Shown here piece by piece: positions 1 to 9,356 of a stretch of DNA of 64,000 nt (the first letter of the stretch is position 1; each line of letters opens with the position of its first letter). The notes beneath the pieces are model-generated. The model was not told the origin of the DNA. It saw only the letters and a list, made by a program, of their open reading frames with translations, and did not search any database. The DNA is taken from the NCBI GenBank assembly GCA_039915165.1, contig JBDSNU010000018.1, positions 2,064 to 66,063 on the forward strand. Reading direction: 5' to 3'. This DNA comes from Minisyncoccota bacterium (GTDB lineage Bacteria; Patescibacteriota; Minisyncoccia; Phycocordibacterales; UBA9973). Both the position numbers and the translations under genes were made by a program.

Positions 1-1527
1 TGTGCCGTGCTGCAAAAACGTTGCGTGCACACGACCATCTTCTTTGATATGTCCCAGCAATGCTTCAACATATGTTGTCAGCAATTTCTGAACTTCACGA
101 TATTCCAAAAGCATAGGGATGATAGGATGAGCATCGCGCAACTCCTCTAACTGTTCAGCATTAGTAGTAAATGCTCCACTAGCCTTCTGCTTCCCTTTTG
201 GCGCCAAGCCTAACGTTGTAAATAATAACTCTGAAAGCTGTTTCGGTGAATTAAGATTGATCTTCACCCCTGTTTCTTCAACAACTTTTTTCTCTATGCT
301 TTCAAGTGTTTCTTTCATTCGCACCTGCAGTGTCTGAAAATATTTTTCATCGATCAATATCCCGTAGCGTTCCATTTCTGAGATAATAGGAATCAGTGGT
401 TCTTCAATGTTTTCAAAAATCGGTAACAGATCTTTTTTCTTTAATTCAGCGGTAATCACTTCATCTGCTTGGGCCAGCGTTTTGGTATGAGTTCTTTCAA
501 GAATTACTTCGTAACTAGGGTTAGTATGTTCTGAGGAAATAACCCATAAACCAATAGAGGCTTTGCGTAAAAGATCTGGGTCAACAGCTTCTTTTGGTAC
601 CACTGTTTCAAAATGAAATACTCGTTTCGCGCGAGCGCTCAAACTTGAGAATTCATACTTAGCGATCAAATCCATCACCGCTGATTCATCAACACTTTCT
701 GCAAATGTTTTTTCTGGCAGCTCATAATTTATAGGCGCATCAAGACGAATGGTCGCCAATGTTTTTGAAAAGAATGCATCGTCTTTGTGGTCAATGAGAA
801 TATTGATAATGCGATCAGTTAATCCAGCTTTTTTGCCATTTGCACTATCTTTTTCTAATGCCGTATATAGTTTTTCAATTGAACCAAATTCTTGGATAAT
901 TGTTGTCGCTGTTTTTTCACCAATACCTGGCACGCCTATAATATTGTCAGATGGATCACCTCGCAATCCTTTGTAATCAATAAGCTGCAACGGCTTAAAT
1001 CCATAACGCTCAATCACTCCATCTTCATCATAAAGAATAGTATCAGTGATCCCCTTCTTCAACGTAAATACTTGTACTTTTTTGCCATCAACAAGTTGCA
1101 ACGTATCCATGTCTCCAGACGCAACAATAATCTGCAATTCTTTATTTGTTTTTAGTTGGGCGACTAATGTACCAAGCACGTCATCAGCTTCAAATCCTTC
1201 TGCATCCAACACGGGAATACCGAGCGCAGCAAAAACTTCACGTGAAGTTTTCAATTGTGCAATGAGATCATCTTCTGTTTTTGCACGACCAGCTTTGTAT
1301 TGATCATATGCTTGGTGACGAAATGTTGGCTTGGGTAAATCATATGCAGCAACAATGTAGTCAGGTTTCAATTCTTCGATGATACGAATGATCATTGAGA
1401 ATAATCCGTACAGCGCTCCAGTTGGTACACCAGCACTATTAGCAAAACTCGGTAGCGCGTGATACGCACGATGAATAATCGCATGTGAGTCGAGCAGTAC
1501 TACGGTTTTAATATCTTTCTTAGCCAT
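1..1527 (-). CDS. polA: DNA polymerase I (partial, runs off the window); not in the ORF track
   Basis: ATG at 1527 gives MAKKDIKTVVLLDSHAIIHRAYHALPSF...YKAGRAK (5'-3' exonuclease), followed by polymerase-domain motifs (INLNSPKQL, HPIIPMLLEYREVQKLLTTYV, GRVHATFLQ). Confidence 0.96.
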   Translation of the reverse strand, partial: MAKKDIKTVVLLDSHAIIHRAYHALPSFANSAGVPTGALYGLFSMIIRIIEELKPDYIVAAYDLPKPTFRHQAYDQYKAGRAKTEDDLIAQLKTSREVFAALGIPVLDAEGFEADDVLGTLVAQLKTNKELQIIVASGDMDTLQLVDGKKVQVFTLKKGITDTILYDEDGVIERYGFKPLQLIDYKGLRGDPSDNIIGVPGIGEKTATTIIQEFGSIEKLYTALEKDSANGKKAGLTDRIINILIDHKDDAFFSKTLATIRLDAPINYELPEKTFAESVDESAVMDLIAKYEFSSLSARAKRVFHFETVVPKEAVDPDLLRKASIGLWVISSEHTNPSYEVILERTHTKTLAQADEVITAELKKKDLLPIFENIEEPLIPIISEMERYGILIDEKYFQTLQVRMKETLESIEKKVVEETGVKINLNSPKQLSELLFTTLGLAPKGKQKASGAFTTNAEQLEELRDAHPIIPMLLEYREVQKLLTTYVEALLGHIKEDGRVHATFLQHGT

Positions 1528-1528
1528 A

Positions 1529-1957
1529 TTAGAGTTTTTTGATAGTGCGCTGATCGCGATTATGAGTAATGAGTAAATGTTTTTTATTTGCAGGGAGTGC
1601 TGGTGTGATTTTTTCTGGCCATTCAACGATCACCAACGTCTTTGGTTGTTGAAGAATTTTTTCCCACCCCAATGGCCTCAGCTCATTTAAATCCTCAATG
1701 CGATATGCATCAATATGGACAAGGTGTTCGAAACCTTGTTTTGTTGGGGTGTAAAACTTAGCAATCACAAATGTTGGACTCACTACTGTTTCTGATACCC
1801 CCAGCTGAACTGCTAGTGTTTTGGTCAATGTTGTCTTCCCAGCACCGAGGTCTCCTTGTAGGGCCAACACTGTTGCCTCAACGTCCGAAGGGCTCAACAA
1901 TCCCAATACCTCTTCGGCAATTCCCTCAATATCACTTTCTGAGTACGTTCGTTCCAT
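1529..1957 (-). CDS. tsaE: tRNA threonylcarbamoyladenosine biosynthesis ATPase TsaE
   Basis: GDLGAGKTT Walker A, VSPTF, HIDAYR and VEWPE motifs. Confidence 0.95.
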   Translation of the reverse strand: MERTYSESDIEGIAEEVLGLLSPSDVEATVLALQGDLGAGKTTLTKTLAVQLGVSETVVSPTFVIAKFYTPTKQGFEHLVHIDAYRIEDLNELRPLGWEKILQQPKTLVIVEWPEKITPALPANKKHLLITHNRDQRTIKKL

Positions 1958-1999
1958 ACAGGGATTCTATCATATTCCAGGTCCTATAAGGCGGGTACG

Positions 2000-2032
2000 C
2001 AAAAACCCTCACGTTAGACGTGAGGGTTTTTG
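2000..2032. terminator. Intrinsic terminator hairpin
   Basis: caaaaaccctcacgt-tag-acgtgagggtttttg, perfect 15-bp arms just after the 2050 stop. Confidence 0.8.
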
Positions 2033-2049
2033 GGAACTCAGTGTGCTAA

Positions 2050-4092
2050 TTAAGCGGTGCGCTGAGATTCGTTTTTCCGATAGAGCATACGAGCGAGAAC
2101 GATAAGAGCAAGGATGATCAAGATGAGGAGTAACCATCCTAACAATGTTGTAGGAAGAAATCCTCCGAAACCGAACACACTAGCACCAAGTACTGCAGGA
2201 CAGTCATTTGAAACTGTGATCAATGAATATGCAATAGCATTTTCTTGAGCGCGAGTAACTGGGTTTGTGTACACGATAGTTGCAGTAATTACTGCGAGCT
2301 TGCCTTGAACTGCTTCGCTGTTCACCTGTGCATGCACTGTTACTGATCCCTGTTCACCAGGCTGAACATCACCGAGGGCGATAGTCAGAGTACGATCTGT
2401 AACTGAGTAGTCACCACGTGAGCCAGAAGCATATGTTAGTTCTCCTGGGAATGTAATTCGAAGGATACTATTTTGCAATTGCTGACCACTGATGTTTTGG
2501 TAAGTCACTGTGTAATCAACTGTACCGCCGATACACATGTGATCAAAACTACTATCTACTTGAAGTTTGAACAATGATGCCTGACTGTTTGCTACGATTC
2601 CAGTGTTAGCTGAACGAACCACTGTTTGTGAGTGAACAACGCGTACTGGTGGAACGTATACACTACTACTTGGAGTACTGAATGGTACTACTGCACCGTA
2701 AGCAATACCTGATTGGTTTTGCACTACAGCACGGTAATAATATGTACGTGATCCTGATAATCCACCAATAGTTGAACTATATGGGGATGTACCTGTACCA
2801 GTTACATTTTGAGCATCTGAACGATTGCCGAGAGCTGTACTTGATCCGTATTCGAACCATGCACTTGCTGTACCATATGTATTATTTGGAACTGCAATAC
2901 CGTTAAGTTGTGCAGAATATGAACTTAATACACTTGCTACAGTTGTAATAGCTTGTGGCTGTTGAACATTATTTGTTGGACCTGGGTTATACACTACTGG
3001 CTGATTTACAGTTACGTAAACAGACTGTGATGTATTGTTACAATTGTTACCACTTAATGAAAGTGAGTAGCTAGTTGAACTATAAGGACTGATTGATAAT
3101 GATCCACTAGACTGACGTGAGCCAAATCCTGAGATGTATACACTATCTGCACCAGAAGTATTCCAGTGAAGTGTTGTAGTCTGCCCCTGTGAAATGCTGT
3201 TACTATCTACATAGAATGAATTGATAGTACAGTTATTAGTATTGCCTCCACAGTTACTAGTACATCCTCCGTCGTTGTTAGTTACAGTAACAGTTCGTGT
3301 TGCTGTAGCTCCGCCAGGGAATGCTGTAAGTGTGTAAGTACGAGTACTGTTAGGAGTAACTACCTTAGTATCAGTAGGATTCAAATTGCTTCCCACAGTA
3401 CTACCAAGCGCAGTAATGTTTACATACTGACAGTTTGTAGTATTCCATGACAGAGTACTTGAGTTACCATTCACAATTGTATTTGGATTTGCATCAAATG
3501 CATTGATAGCACATGTTTGTGCAGGTGGAGTAACAATTGTTTCGCCGTTTACTTTGAAACGAACAACCAATACACCTTGCTGGCCCGCAGAAAGATTTCC
3601 GATTGGAAAACCTCCACCAAACAACTGGTCAGTATTAACAGGCTGTGGAGCACCATTAGCACTTGAGTACCAGTCAGCTTGGTAAGCACCATTCTGAGGC
3701 ATGTTAGTAATAGTAGTGTCTTGTGACAAAGTCACAGTTGCTGTACCAGTTGCTCGAGGAGCATTTGTTGCAGCTACGCCACCGTTGAAGGTTACGTGTG
3801 TTCCACTACGTGAAGGCTGCACACCGAGTTTAACGTCAGTAGCAGTTTGATCACCAGTGTTTTTGAAGTACAAGTGCACAGCGATCATGTCGCCAGGTTG
3901 TGCAGTTGTACTTGATTTCCAACATCCATCGATTGAACCGAAGTTACAAGGCTGGGTTGTTGCGTTAGTTACAGTAACAGTAGACATTTGTCCTGGAGAG
4001 TTCAAGCTAGCAGCAGCAAAAGCCGTAGTGCTAAACAAGGCAACTCCGATGACCAATGTCAGTGTTGATATAATAAATTTTTTCATACTCAT
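2050..4092 (-). CDS. Secreted, C-terminally anchored surface protein with Ig-like repeats, an FN3-like region and a DUF11-like domain
   Basis: Signal peptide (AFA), two CxIxxF..TLxWxT..YxL modules, YYYRAVVQN, DUF11-like VDYTVTYQN..ITFPGELTY, C-terminal TM plus basic tail. Confidence 0.75.
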   Translation of the reverse strand: MSMKKFIISTLTLVIGVALFSTTAFAAASLNSPGQMSTVTVTNATTQPCNFGSIDGCWKSSTTAQPGDMIAVHLYFKNTGDQTATDVKLGVQPSRSGTHVTFNGGVAATNAPRATGTATVTLSQDTTITNMPQNGAYQADWYSSANGAPQPVNTDQLFGGGFPIGNLSAGQQGVLVVRFKVNGETIVTPPAQTCAINAFDANPNTIVNGNSSTLSWNTTNCQYVNITALGSTVGSNLNPTDTKVVTPNSTRTYTLTAFPGGATATRTVTVTNNDGGCTSNCGGNTNNCTINSFYVDSNSISQGQTTTLHWNTSGADSVYISGFGSRQSSGSLSISPYSSTSYSLSLSGNNCNNTSQSVYVTVNQPVVYNPGPTNNVQQPQAITTVASVLSSYSAQLNGIAVPNNTYGTASAWFEYGSSTALGNRSDAQNVTGTGTSPYSSTIGGLSGSRTYYYRAVVQNQSGIAYGAVVPFSTPSSSVYVPPVRVVHSQTVVRSANTGIVANSQASLFKLQVDSSFDHMCIGGTVDYTVTYQNISGQQLQNSILRITFPGELTYASGSRGDYSVTDRTLTIALGDVQPGEQGSVTVHAQVNSEAVQGKLAVITATIVYTNPVTRAQENAIAYSLITVSNDCPAVLGASVFGFGGFLPTTLLGWLLLILIILALIVLARMLYRKNESQRTA

Positions 4093-4224
4093 CTTTTCTC
4101 TTTCTCTTTTAATAAATTACTCTTCGGCACCCTATCCGACGATACGGTGCTCAAGAATAAAGGAAACGACATTCATATAAATGATATCGTTTCCTGGGTT
4201 TTTTGAAAATAGAACCAACTTAGA

Positions 4225-5268
4225 TCACCACGTTTGTGAACCTCCTGATCCACCACTTGCTCCCGAACCATCTGAGCCGCCCTGGAAACCATTGTTGTAA
4301 CTACCACCACCACCTGCTCCTGATCCATGACCATTGAAGAAGATTAATTTGGTAAGCACTCCTACAACTACAGCAGCGCCAGTCACAATACCTACATTTC
4401 TCAATGTATGGTTAGGTTTTTTAACAACCATACCAGTTGCATTGGGATTCAGTACTGCGATAGTAACTGTAGCTGTTTTACCAGAGCTGGTAGTCAGCGT
4501 GTACGTAGTGGTCTGAGTAGGATTAACAGCTAAGTCACCGCTTCCAGGTTGCACTGATGCAAAACCTGAAATGGTTACAGATTGACAAGAAGTTTTCCAA
4601 CTAAGGATTATTTCCTGACCTGGACCATACGATGTTTGCGGTACAGCAGTAAACAAGAAAATGTCGCAGCCAGCTGGTTGCTGTTGCTGATAGGTTACTT
4701 GTCTCACTGGTTGTTGTTCAACTTGGCGATACCCGGTAGTTTGTGTTACCTGCCTCAATACGTTTCCGCAATTGGCACGGCTTTTTGCAGTAGCTCCTGT
4801 TTGAATGTTTGTAATAGTAGCAATTAGGTACTGCTTGTTGGGATAAGGAAGATTAAGTTTAAATTTCCTCGGATCCCCCCAATGTAACTGGTTGTCCTGG
4901 CCATCTATAAGATAGCTATCTTCCCAGTTGTCCCACCAAGAACCGCTTACTATTTCATACGTAACACTGTACATTTCAGGATGACTAGGATCAAACTGTT
5001 CTCCCATTTGACGAGATATCTCAGCATTGGTAATGCTAATTATTTCGTCACAAGAGATTTGATCTAAGGCTCTGAAGATACGGTGTTTTTGCTCGTAGCT
5101 ACCAAACATACCGTAGTAATAATTGTATTTTACTCTTTCGAGGTTTTCCTCGTGTTGTACGTATGTTATAAACATACCACTTCCCATTGCAGTTTGTGCA
5201 AAAGTGGGCGTAATGTATGTGAAGCTCAATACTATGAGCATCCACACTAAGTTAATTTTCTTTTTCAT
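4225..5268 (-). CDS. Hypothetical secreted protein with one Ig-like module, a TM segment and a Gly-rich tail
   Basis: Long ORF with a signal peptide; shares the Ig-like module of 2050..4092; TTGACA/TAAGAT promoter upstream. Confidence 0.7.
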   Translation of the reverse strand: MKKKINLVWMLIVLSFTYITPTFAQTAMGSGMFITYVQHEENLERVKYNYYYGMFGSYEQKHRIFRALDQISCDEIISITNAEISRQMGEQFDPSHPEMYSVTYEIVSGSWWDNWEDSYLIDGQDNQLHWGDPRKFKLNLPYPNKQYLIATITNIQTGATAKSRANCGNVLRQVTQTTGYRQVEQQPVRQVTYQQQQPAGCDIFLFTAVPQTSYGPGQEIILSWKTSCQSVTISGFASVQPGSGDLAVNPTQTTTYTLTTSSGKTATVTIAVLNPNATGMVVKKPNHTLRNVGIVTGAAVVVGVLTKLIFFNGHGSGAGGGGSYNNGFQGGSDGSGASGGSGGSQTW

Positions 5269-5481
5269 AGTCAATGAGCAGTTTTTAAAGTGAATTTTTT
5301 CCTTTTTGATTTAGTAGTATCTTAGCATGACTTGACCTATTTGTCAAGCGGTGTTGCTATCTTATTTACATTGTCGCTATTTTTACTTACTTACCATGAC
5401 AAAGGCTTCATTATTGACATTTTGTCAATAATCTGATATAAAGCGGTTAAATTACATTCACAAAAAAATAAATTAAAGCTT

Positions 5482-6681
5482 ATGAAAAGAATACTATTTC
5501 TGTGTATCATCACAGTGTGTGTATCATGCACACCAAAGCTCGTAGAACCAGCTTATACTCCCCCTCCAACTCATAAACCAACAGGCAAAGAACCTGTTAT
5601 GGTGATCGAGTCTCAGCTTATCCTTCATCCAGTCAAAGATATTGCCGCTGGTGATAATGGAAAGAATTACAATTTTTTCTATGATTACGGTAAGCGGTAT
5701 CTGCATATGACAGACGAGGACGAGACAGCAGCAGCTATTCGCAAATTTTTGCCTGAGTACATTACGGCTGATTCAATTGGTCGTGGCGTAAACCTGCAAT
5801 CGGCAGCGATATCCCCTTTTTCCAGTTTTACTGATCTAGTGAAAGACAAGATCACAAAAACAAAAGGCGTTGATTTCAGTACCATTAACATGTATCAATT
5901 TGCTAAATCCTTTAACGTTGATCTAGTAAGAAATAACCAGGGGGCAATGGAGGCGTTGTTAAAAATGCTTACTCCGAGTGAAACACGTGGATCATTTGTT
6001 AGTATCACTCCAGGCCGTACACCGATTTATGGGGTGCAAGGATTGTTGCTGAATCATCCGATCAAAAACATGATTAAAGGTGTTGATGGCAAGGAATGGT
6101 ATTTCTTTTTAGACAGAACTAGCCATTGTATTTTTATTACCGATGATGCAACATTGTATCAAAAAATTGTTGCCGTGCTTCCTATCGAAGCTGTGTACAA
6201 AAATGCTGTAGTTATGCAAGGGATTACTATTGAACCATTGGTGTTCTTCAGTGACTCTACACGTACAGCGATGGAAAAGGATCAAGGACTAGAATTAAAC
6301 GGTGGCGGTTCAAACACTGACAACAAAACAATAAATAATTATGACATCGCTGTTATAGAAAATTGTTCAATGGTTATTGATTATCCTGGAGTAATAACTA
6401 CTTTAAGAAAAAAATTGGGAGTAGCGTCACGCGTTACAAATACGACGGCTCCAACTTTTGGACAAAAAAGTTTTACAACTCCTGGATATGTACGGCCACC
6501 CAGTTCAAGTGCTATACCCCTCCCCCCGCCTCCGGCAAAGGTTGATCAGGATACACAGGAATATGAGACTCCTCCTCCAACCAACTCTAACCGGCGCTCT
6601 AAAGGAAATGTACCCGCTCCAAAAAAAACCGGGTATACCCCTCCTACTACTCCGCCGCCTTCATCGAGCGGTCGTCCTTAA
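5482..6681 (+). CDS. Hypothetical lipoprotein with Pro-rich C-terminus
   Basis: MKRILFLCIITVCVSC lipobox-like N-terminus; 399 aa; TTGACA-17-TATAAA promoter upstream; hairpin at 6700-6728. Confidence 0.7.
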   Translation: MKRILFLCIITVCVSCTPKLVEPAYTPPPTHKPTGKEPVMVIESQLILHPVKDIAAGDNGKNYNFFYDYGKRYLHMTDEDETAAAIRKFLPEYITADSIGRGVNLQSAAISPFSSFTDLVKDKITKTKGVDFSTINMYQFAKSFNVDLVRNNQGAMEALLKMLTPSETRGSFVSITPGRTPIYGVQGLLLNHPIKNMIKGVDGKEWYFFLDRTSHCIFITDDATLYQKIVAVLPIEAVYKNAVVMQGITIEPLVFFSDSTRTAMEKDQGLELNGGGSNTDNKTINNYDIAVIENCSMVIDYPGVITTLRKKLGVASRVTNTTAPTFGQKSFTTPGYVRPPSSSAIPLPPPPAKVDQDTQEYETPPPTNSNRRSKGNVPAPKKTGYTPPTTPPPSSSGRP

Positions 6682-6747
6682 GTACGCATTACTTAATTTA
6701 ACCCCCATATCCCAAAGATACGGGGGTTTTTCATGTATACTATAGCC

Positions 6748-8451
6748 ATGGTTCAGTTTGACGAAAGTGATCAACTCAAAAGAATAACAAATCTCCGTGA
6801 AGAAGAAGAGGAAGAAGTTGTAGCAATGCTCGCTCAACAACAGTATGGATTGCAATATACCAACCTCATCTCACAATCAATCGACAATGATGCAATTCGC
6901 CTGCTTACCGAAGAACAAGCACGAACATTTGACGTAGGTCCCTACAAATTGATCGACAAAAAACTTTTCTTAGCGGTACGTTCTCCAAATGCCGATGGCG
7001 CGATCAAAGCAAAAGAGTTGATCGAAGGAGAAGGGTATGAAGTACTATTTGTCATGACCAGCGAAAAAAGTATTGAAAAAGTATGGACTCACTACAAAGA
7101 CCTCTCATATGCTACTCGTTCACGCGCAGGGGGTCTCGATGTTTCTCCTGATGTATTACTCAACCTTAGTCAGACAGTGAAAACAATGGAAGACGCCATG
7201 AAAGTAATTACTGATGCGGTGAATGAAAGTAGTACTGTGCACCACCTGTCGCGTATTTTAGAAATTATCCTTGGGGCAGGGATTGGTATTGGCGCATCTG
7301 ATGTACACGTAGAACCAATGCAAGATGAAGTTGAAATCCGTTTTCGTTTAGATGGAGTACTTCATATCATCACAAAGGTAAATTTCGATACATATAAACA
7401 AATCAATACGCGTATTAAATTATTGTCTGGCTTGAAATTAACTATTAATTCAGTTCCCCAGGATGGACGTTTCAGTGCATTTCTTGGGACAGATGAAATT
7501 AGTTTTCGTACATCAATGATCCCAGGAGCATACGGTGAATCCATTGTGCTTCGTATCTTGAATCCAAAATCCATCCGAGTACAACTTGATGCGCTCGGTA
7601 TTTCTGCGCCACTGTTTGATATTTTTATGAAAGGTATTACCAAGCCAAACGGTATGGTACTACTGACTGGCCCGACAGGTTCCGGTAAAACAACAACACT
7701 GTACGCATTTTTGCAAAAAGTATTTAGTCCGGAATTAAAAATTATTACTATTGAAGATCCTATTGAATACCATCTTGCTGGTATCACACAAACACAAGTA
7801 GATCATAAAAAAGGATATACATTCTTGGAAGGCTTGCGTTCAGCGCTTCGTCAGGATCCGGACATTATCATGGTGGGAGAAATCCGTGATTCAGAAACAG
7901 CGAAGATTGCAGTTGAGTCTGCGTTGACGGGCCACATTGTGTTCTCAACACTTCACACCAATAATGCTTCCGGGGTGATTCCACGTTTGATCGACCTCGA
8001 TGTTAATCCAAAGATTTTAGTATCAGCGCTTTCTCTTTCAATTGCACAACGTTTGGTTCGTGTGCTTTGTAAAAACTGTAAGTATGAACGACCAATTACT
8101 CCAGAAGAAAAAGCGACTGTTGATATGGTCTGGAATGATGCCGTAGCGAATGGTAAAAACATGGACCAGTTCGGTGTACATCGAGACGTAACAACAGTGT
8201 GGGCAGCTCAAGGTTGTGAAGTTTGCGGCATGACAGGATATAAAGGACGACTGGGTGTTTTTGAAGTAGTAGAAATGGACGCCAATATCGAACACATTAT
8301 TCTTGCCAACCCTACTGAACGCGACATCAAAGCAATAGCCGACAAACAAGGCACCCTCGACATGCGCGAAGACGGTATCATCAAAATCTTACAAGGAATC
8401 ACCGACTTCGCGGAGCTGGCTTCTGTGGTGGACCTGAGCGAAAGAAAATAA
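6748..8451 (+). CDS. pilB: Type IV pilus / type II secretion assembly ATPase (PilB/GspE family)
   Basis: ASDVHVEP, PQDGR, GPTGSGKTTT, TIEDPIEY, LRQDPDIIMVGEIRD and CxxC..CxxC; start moved to 6748 (TATACT 6 nt upstream). Confidence 0.92.
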   Translation: MVQFDESDQLKRITNLREEEEEEVVAMLAQQQYGLQYTNLISQSIDNDAIRLLTEEQARTFDVGPYKLIDKKLFLAVRSPNADGAIKAKELIEGEGYEVLFVMTSEKSIEKVWTHYKDLSYATRSRAGGLDVSPDVLLNLSQTVKTMEDAMKVITDAVNESSTVHHLSRILEIILGAGIGIGASDVHVEPMQDEVEIRFRLDGVLHIITKVNFDTYKQINTRIKLLSGLKLTINSVPQDGRFSAFLGTDEISFRTSMIPGAYGESIVLRILNPKSIRVQLDALGISAPLFDIFMKGITKPNGMVLLTGPTGSGKTTTLYAFLQKVFSPELKIITIEDPIEYHLAGITQTQVDHKKGYTFLEGLRSALRQDPDIIMVGEIRDSETAKIAVESALTGHIVFSTLHTNNASGVIPRLIDLDVNPKILVSALSLSIAQRLVRVLCKNCKYERPITPEEKATVDMVWNDAVANGKNMDQFGVHRDVTTVWAAQGCEVCGMTGYKGRLGVFEVVEMDANIEHIILANPTERDIKAIADKQGTLDMREDGIIKILQGITDFAELASVVDLSERK

Positions 8452-8491
8452 AGATTTAATAAATGGGGTCTGACCCTATTTATTTTTTCTT
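8446..8491. repeat. REP-like palindrome, left of the RAYT gene
   Basis: aataaatggggtc-t-gaccctatttatt; 42/46 nt identical to 17390-17435. Confidence 0.8.
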
Positions 8492-8516
8492 GAACGCCGT
8501 GTGCCAGAATAGATAC

Positions 8517-9080
8517 ATGGCAAGAAAACTAAGAGATAATTCAGGCGATCAATACTATCATATTATCAATCGTGCAAATGCACGTTTTAATATATTTAGA
8601 GATAGTAGTGATTATCAACTTTTTGAAAATGTCTTAATGGAAAGTCTCAGGAGATTTGAAATAAAACTTCTTACTCACAATATTTTATATAATCACTTTC
8701 ATTTTGTTTTGTATGTATATAAAGATGCTGAGATATCACGTTTTATGCACTGGCTTTCAACAGTTTTTATTTTGCGGTGGCACCAAAAACATCAATCTGT
8801 AGGAACAGGTCATCTGTTCCAAGGAAGATATAGATCATTTCCTATTAAAAATGAGCGCCATTTATTACAAGTACTTATCTACGTAGATAGTAATGCGGTA
8901 GCGGCTGGACTTGTTGAAAACGCCCAGGAGTGGCGATGGTCAGCTATCTGGATAAAAATAAATGGTAACTCTGAGCAAAAGAAAATGCTTGCTGAATGGC
9001 CTATAGATGTTCCTTTAGATTATCTCTACTTAGTAAATAAAAATAAAGAAATGGGGTCAGACCCCACTGGTTTAGAATAA
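8517..9080 (+). mobile_element. REP-associated tyrosine (HUH/Y1) transposase, RAYT
   Basis: MARKLR..YYHIINRAN..IF, NHFH (HUH), GHLFQGRY, YVDSNAVAAGLV..WRWS; flanked by GGGGTCWGACCC palindromes. Confidence 0.88.
9052..9066. repeat. REP-like palindrome inside the RAYT 3' end
   Basis: tggggtc-a-gacccca, encodes MGSDP. Confidence 0.75.
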
Positions 9081-9111
9081 AAACACCGAGACAGTGTCTC
9101 GGTGTTTTTAT
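9077..9111. terminator. Bidirectional terminator hairpin
   Basis: ataaaaacaccgagaca-g-tgtctcggtgtttttat. Confidence 0.8.
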
Positions 9112-9133
9112 AGTTTTGCTTATATTGTTTTTA

Positions 9134-9328
9134 ATCAATAACGGTTTTTACAAAAAAATTCACTAATCTCTAAACAGTCCTTATACGTGCGTTGACGTAT
9201 AAGTAAAGCATGATTATAGGATGGCTCCAGTCGGAACCAAAACGTCCTGCGCAAACACTTAGAACCTGTGGCTGACTGCTTAGAGATTAGTACGCTCTTT
9301 TGTAGTAGAATGTAGTTGTTATTGATCT
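9134..9328 (-). ncRNA. Candidate structured ncRNA (rod-shaped, 6S-sized)
   Basis: Nested helices 9134-9142/9318-9326, 9149-9155/9298-9304 and 9162-9179/9274-9291, internal hairpins, minus-strand TGcTATCCT at 9343-9335, no sizeable ORF. Confidence 0.5.
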
Positions 9329-9356
9329 AGTAATAGGATAGCATAGATAACAACTT

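Noticed and set aside
1231-1251. Palindrome aaaacttcacgtgaagtttt resembling parS
   Set aside because: Outer positions deviate from GTT..AAC; isolated inside polA
749-1303. Short plus-strand ORFs in the track
   Set aside because: Antisense shadows of polA; the same applies to most short ORFs overlapping long genes across the window
8463-8516. N-terminal extension MGSDPIYFF of the RAYT ORF
   Set aside because: Translation of the REP palindrome; the family-typical start is MARKLR at 8517
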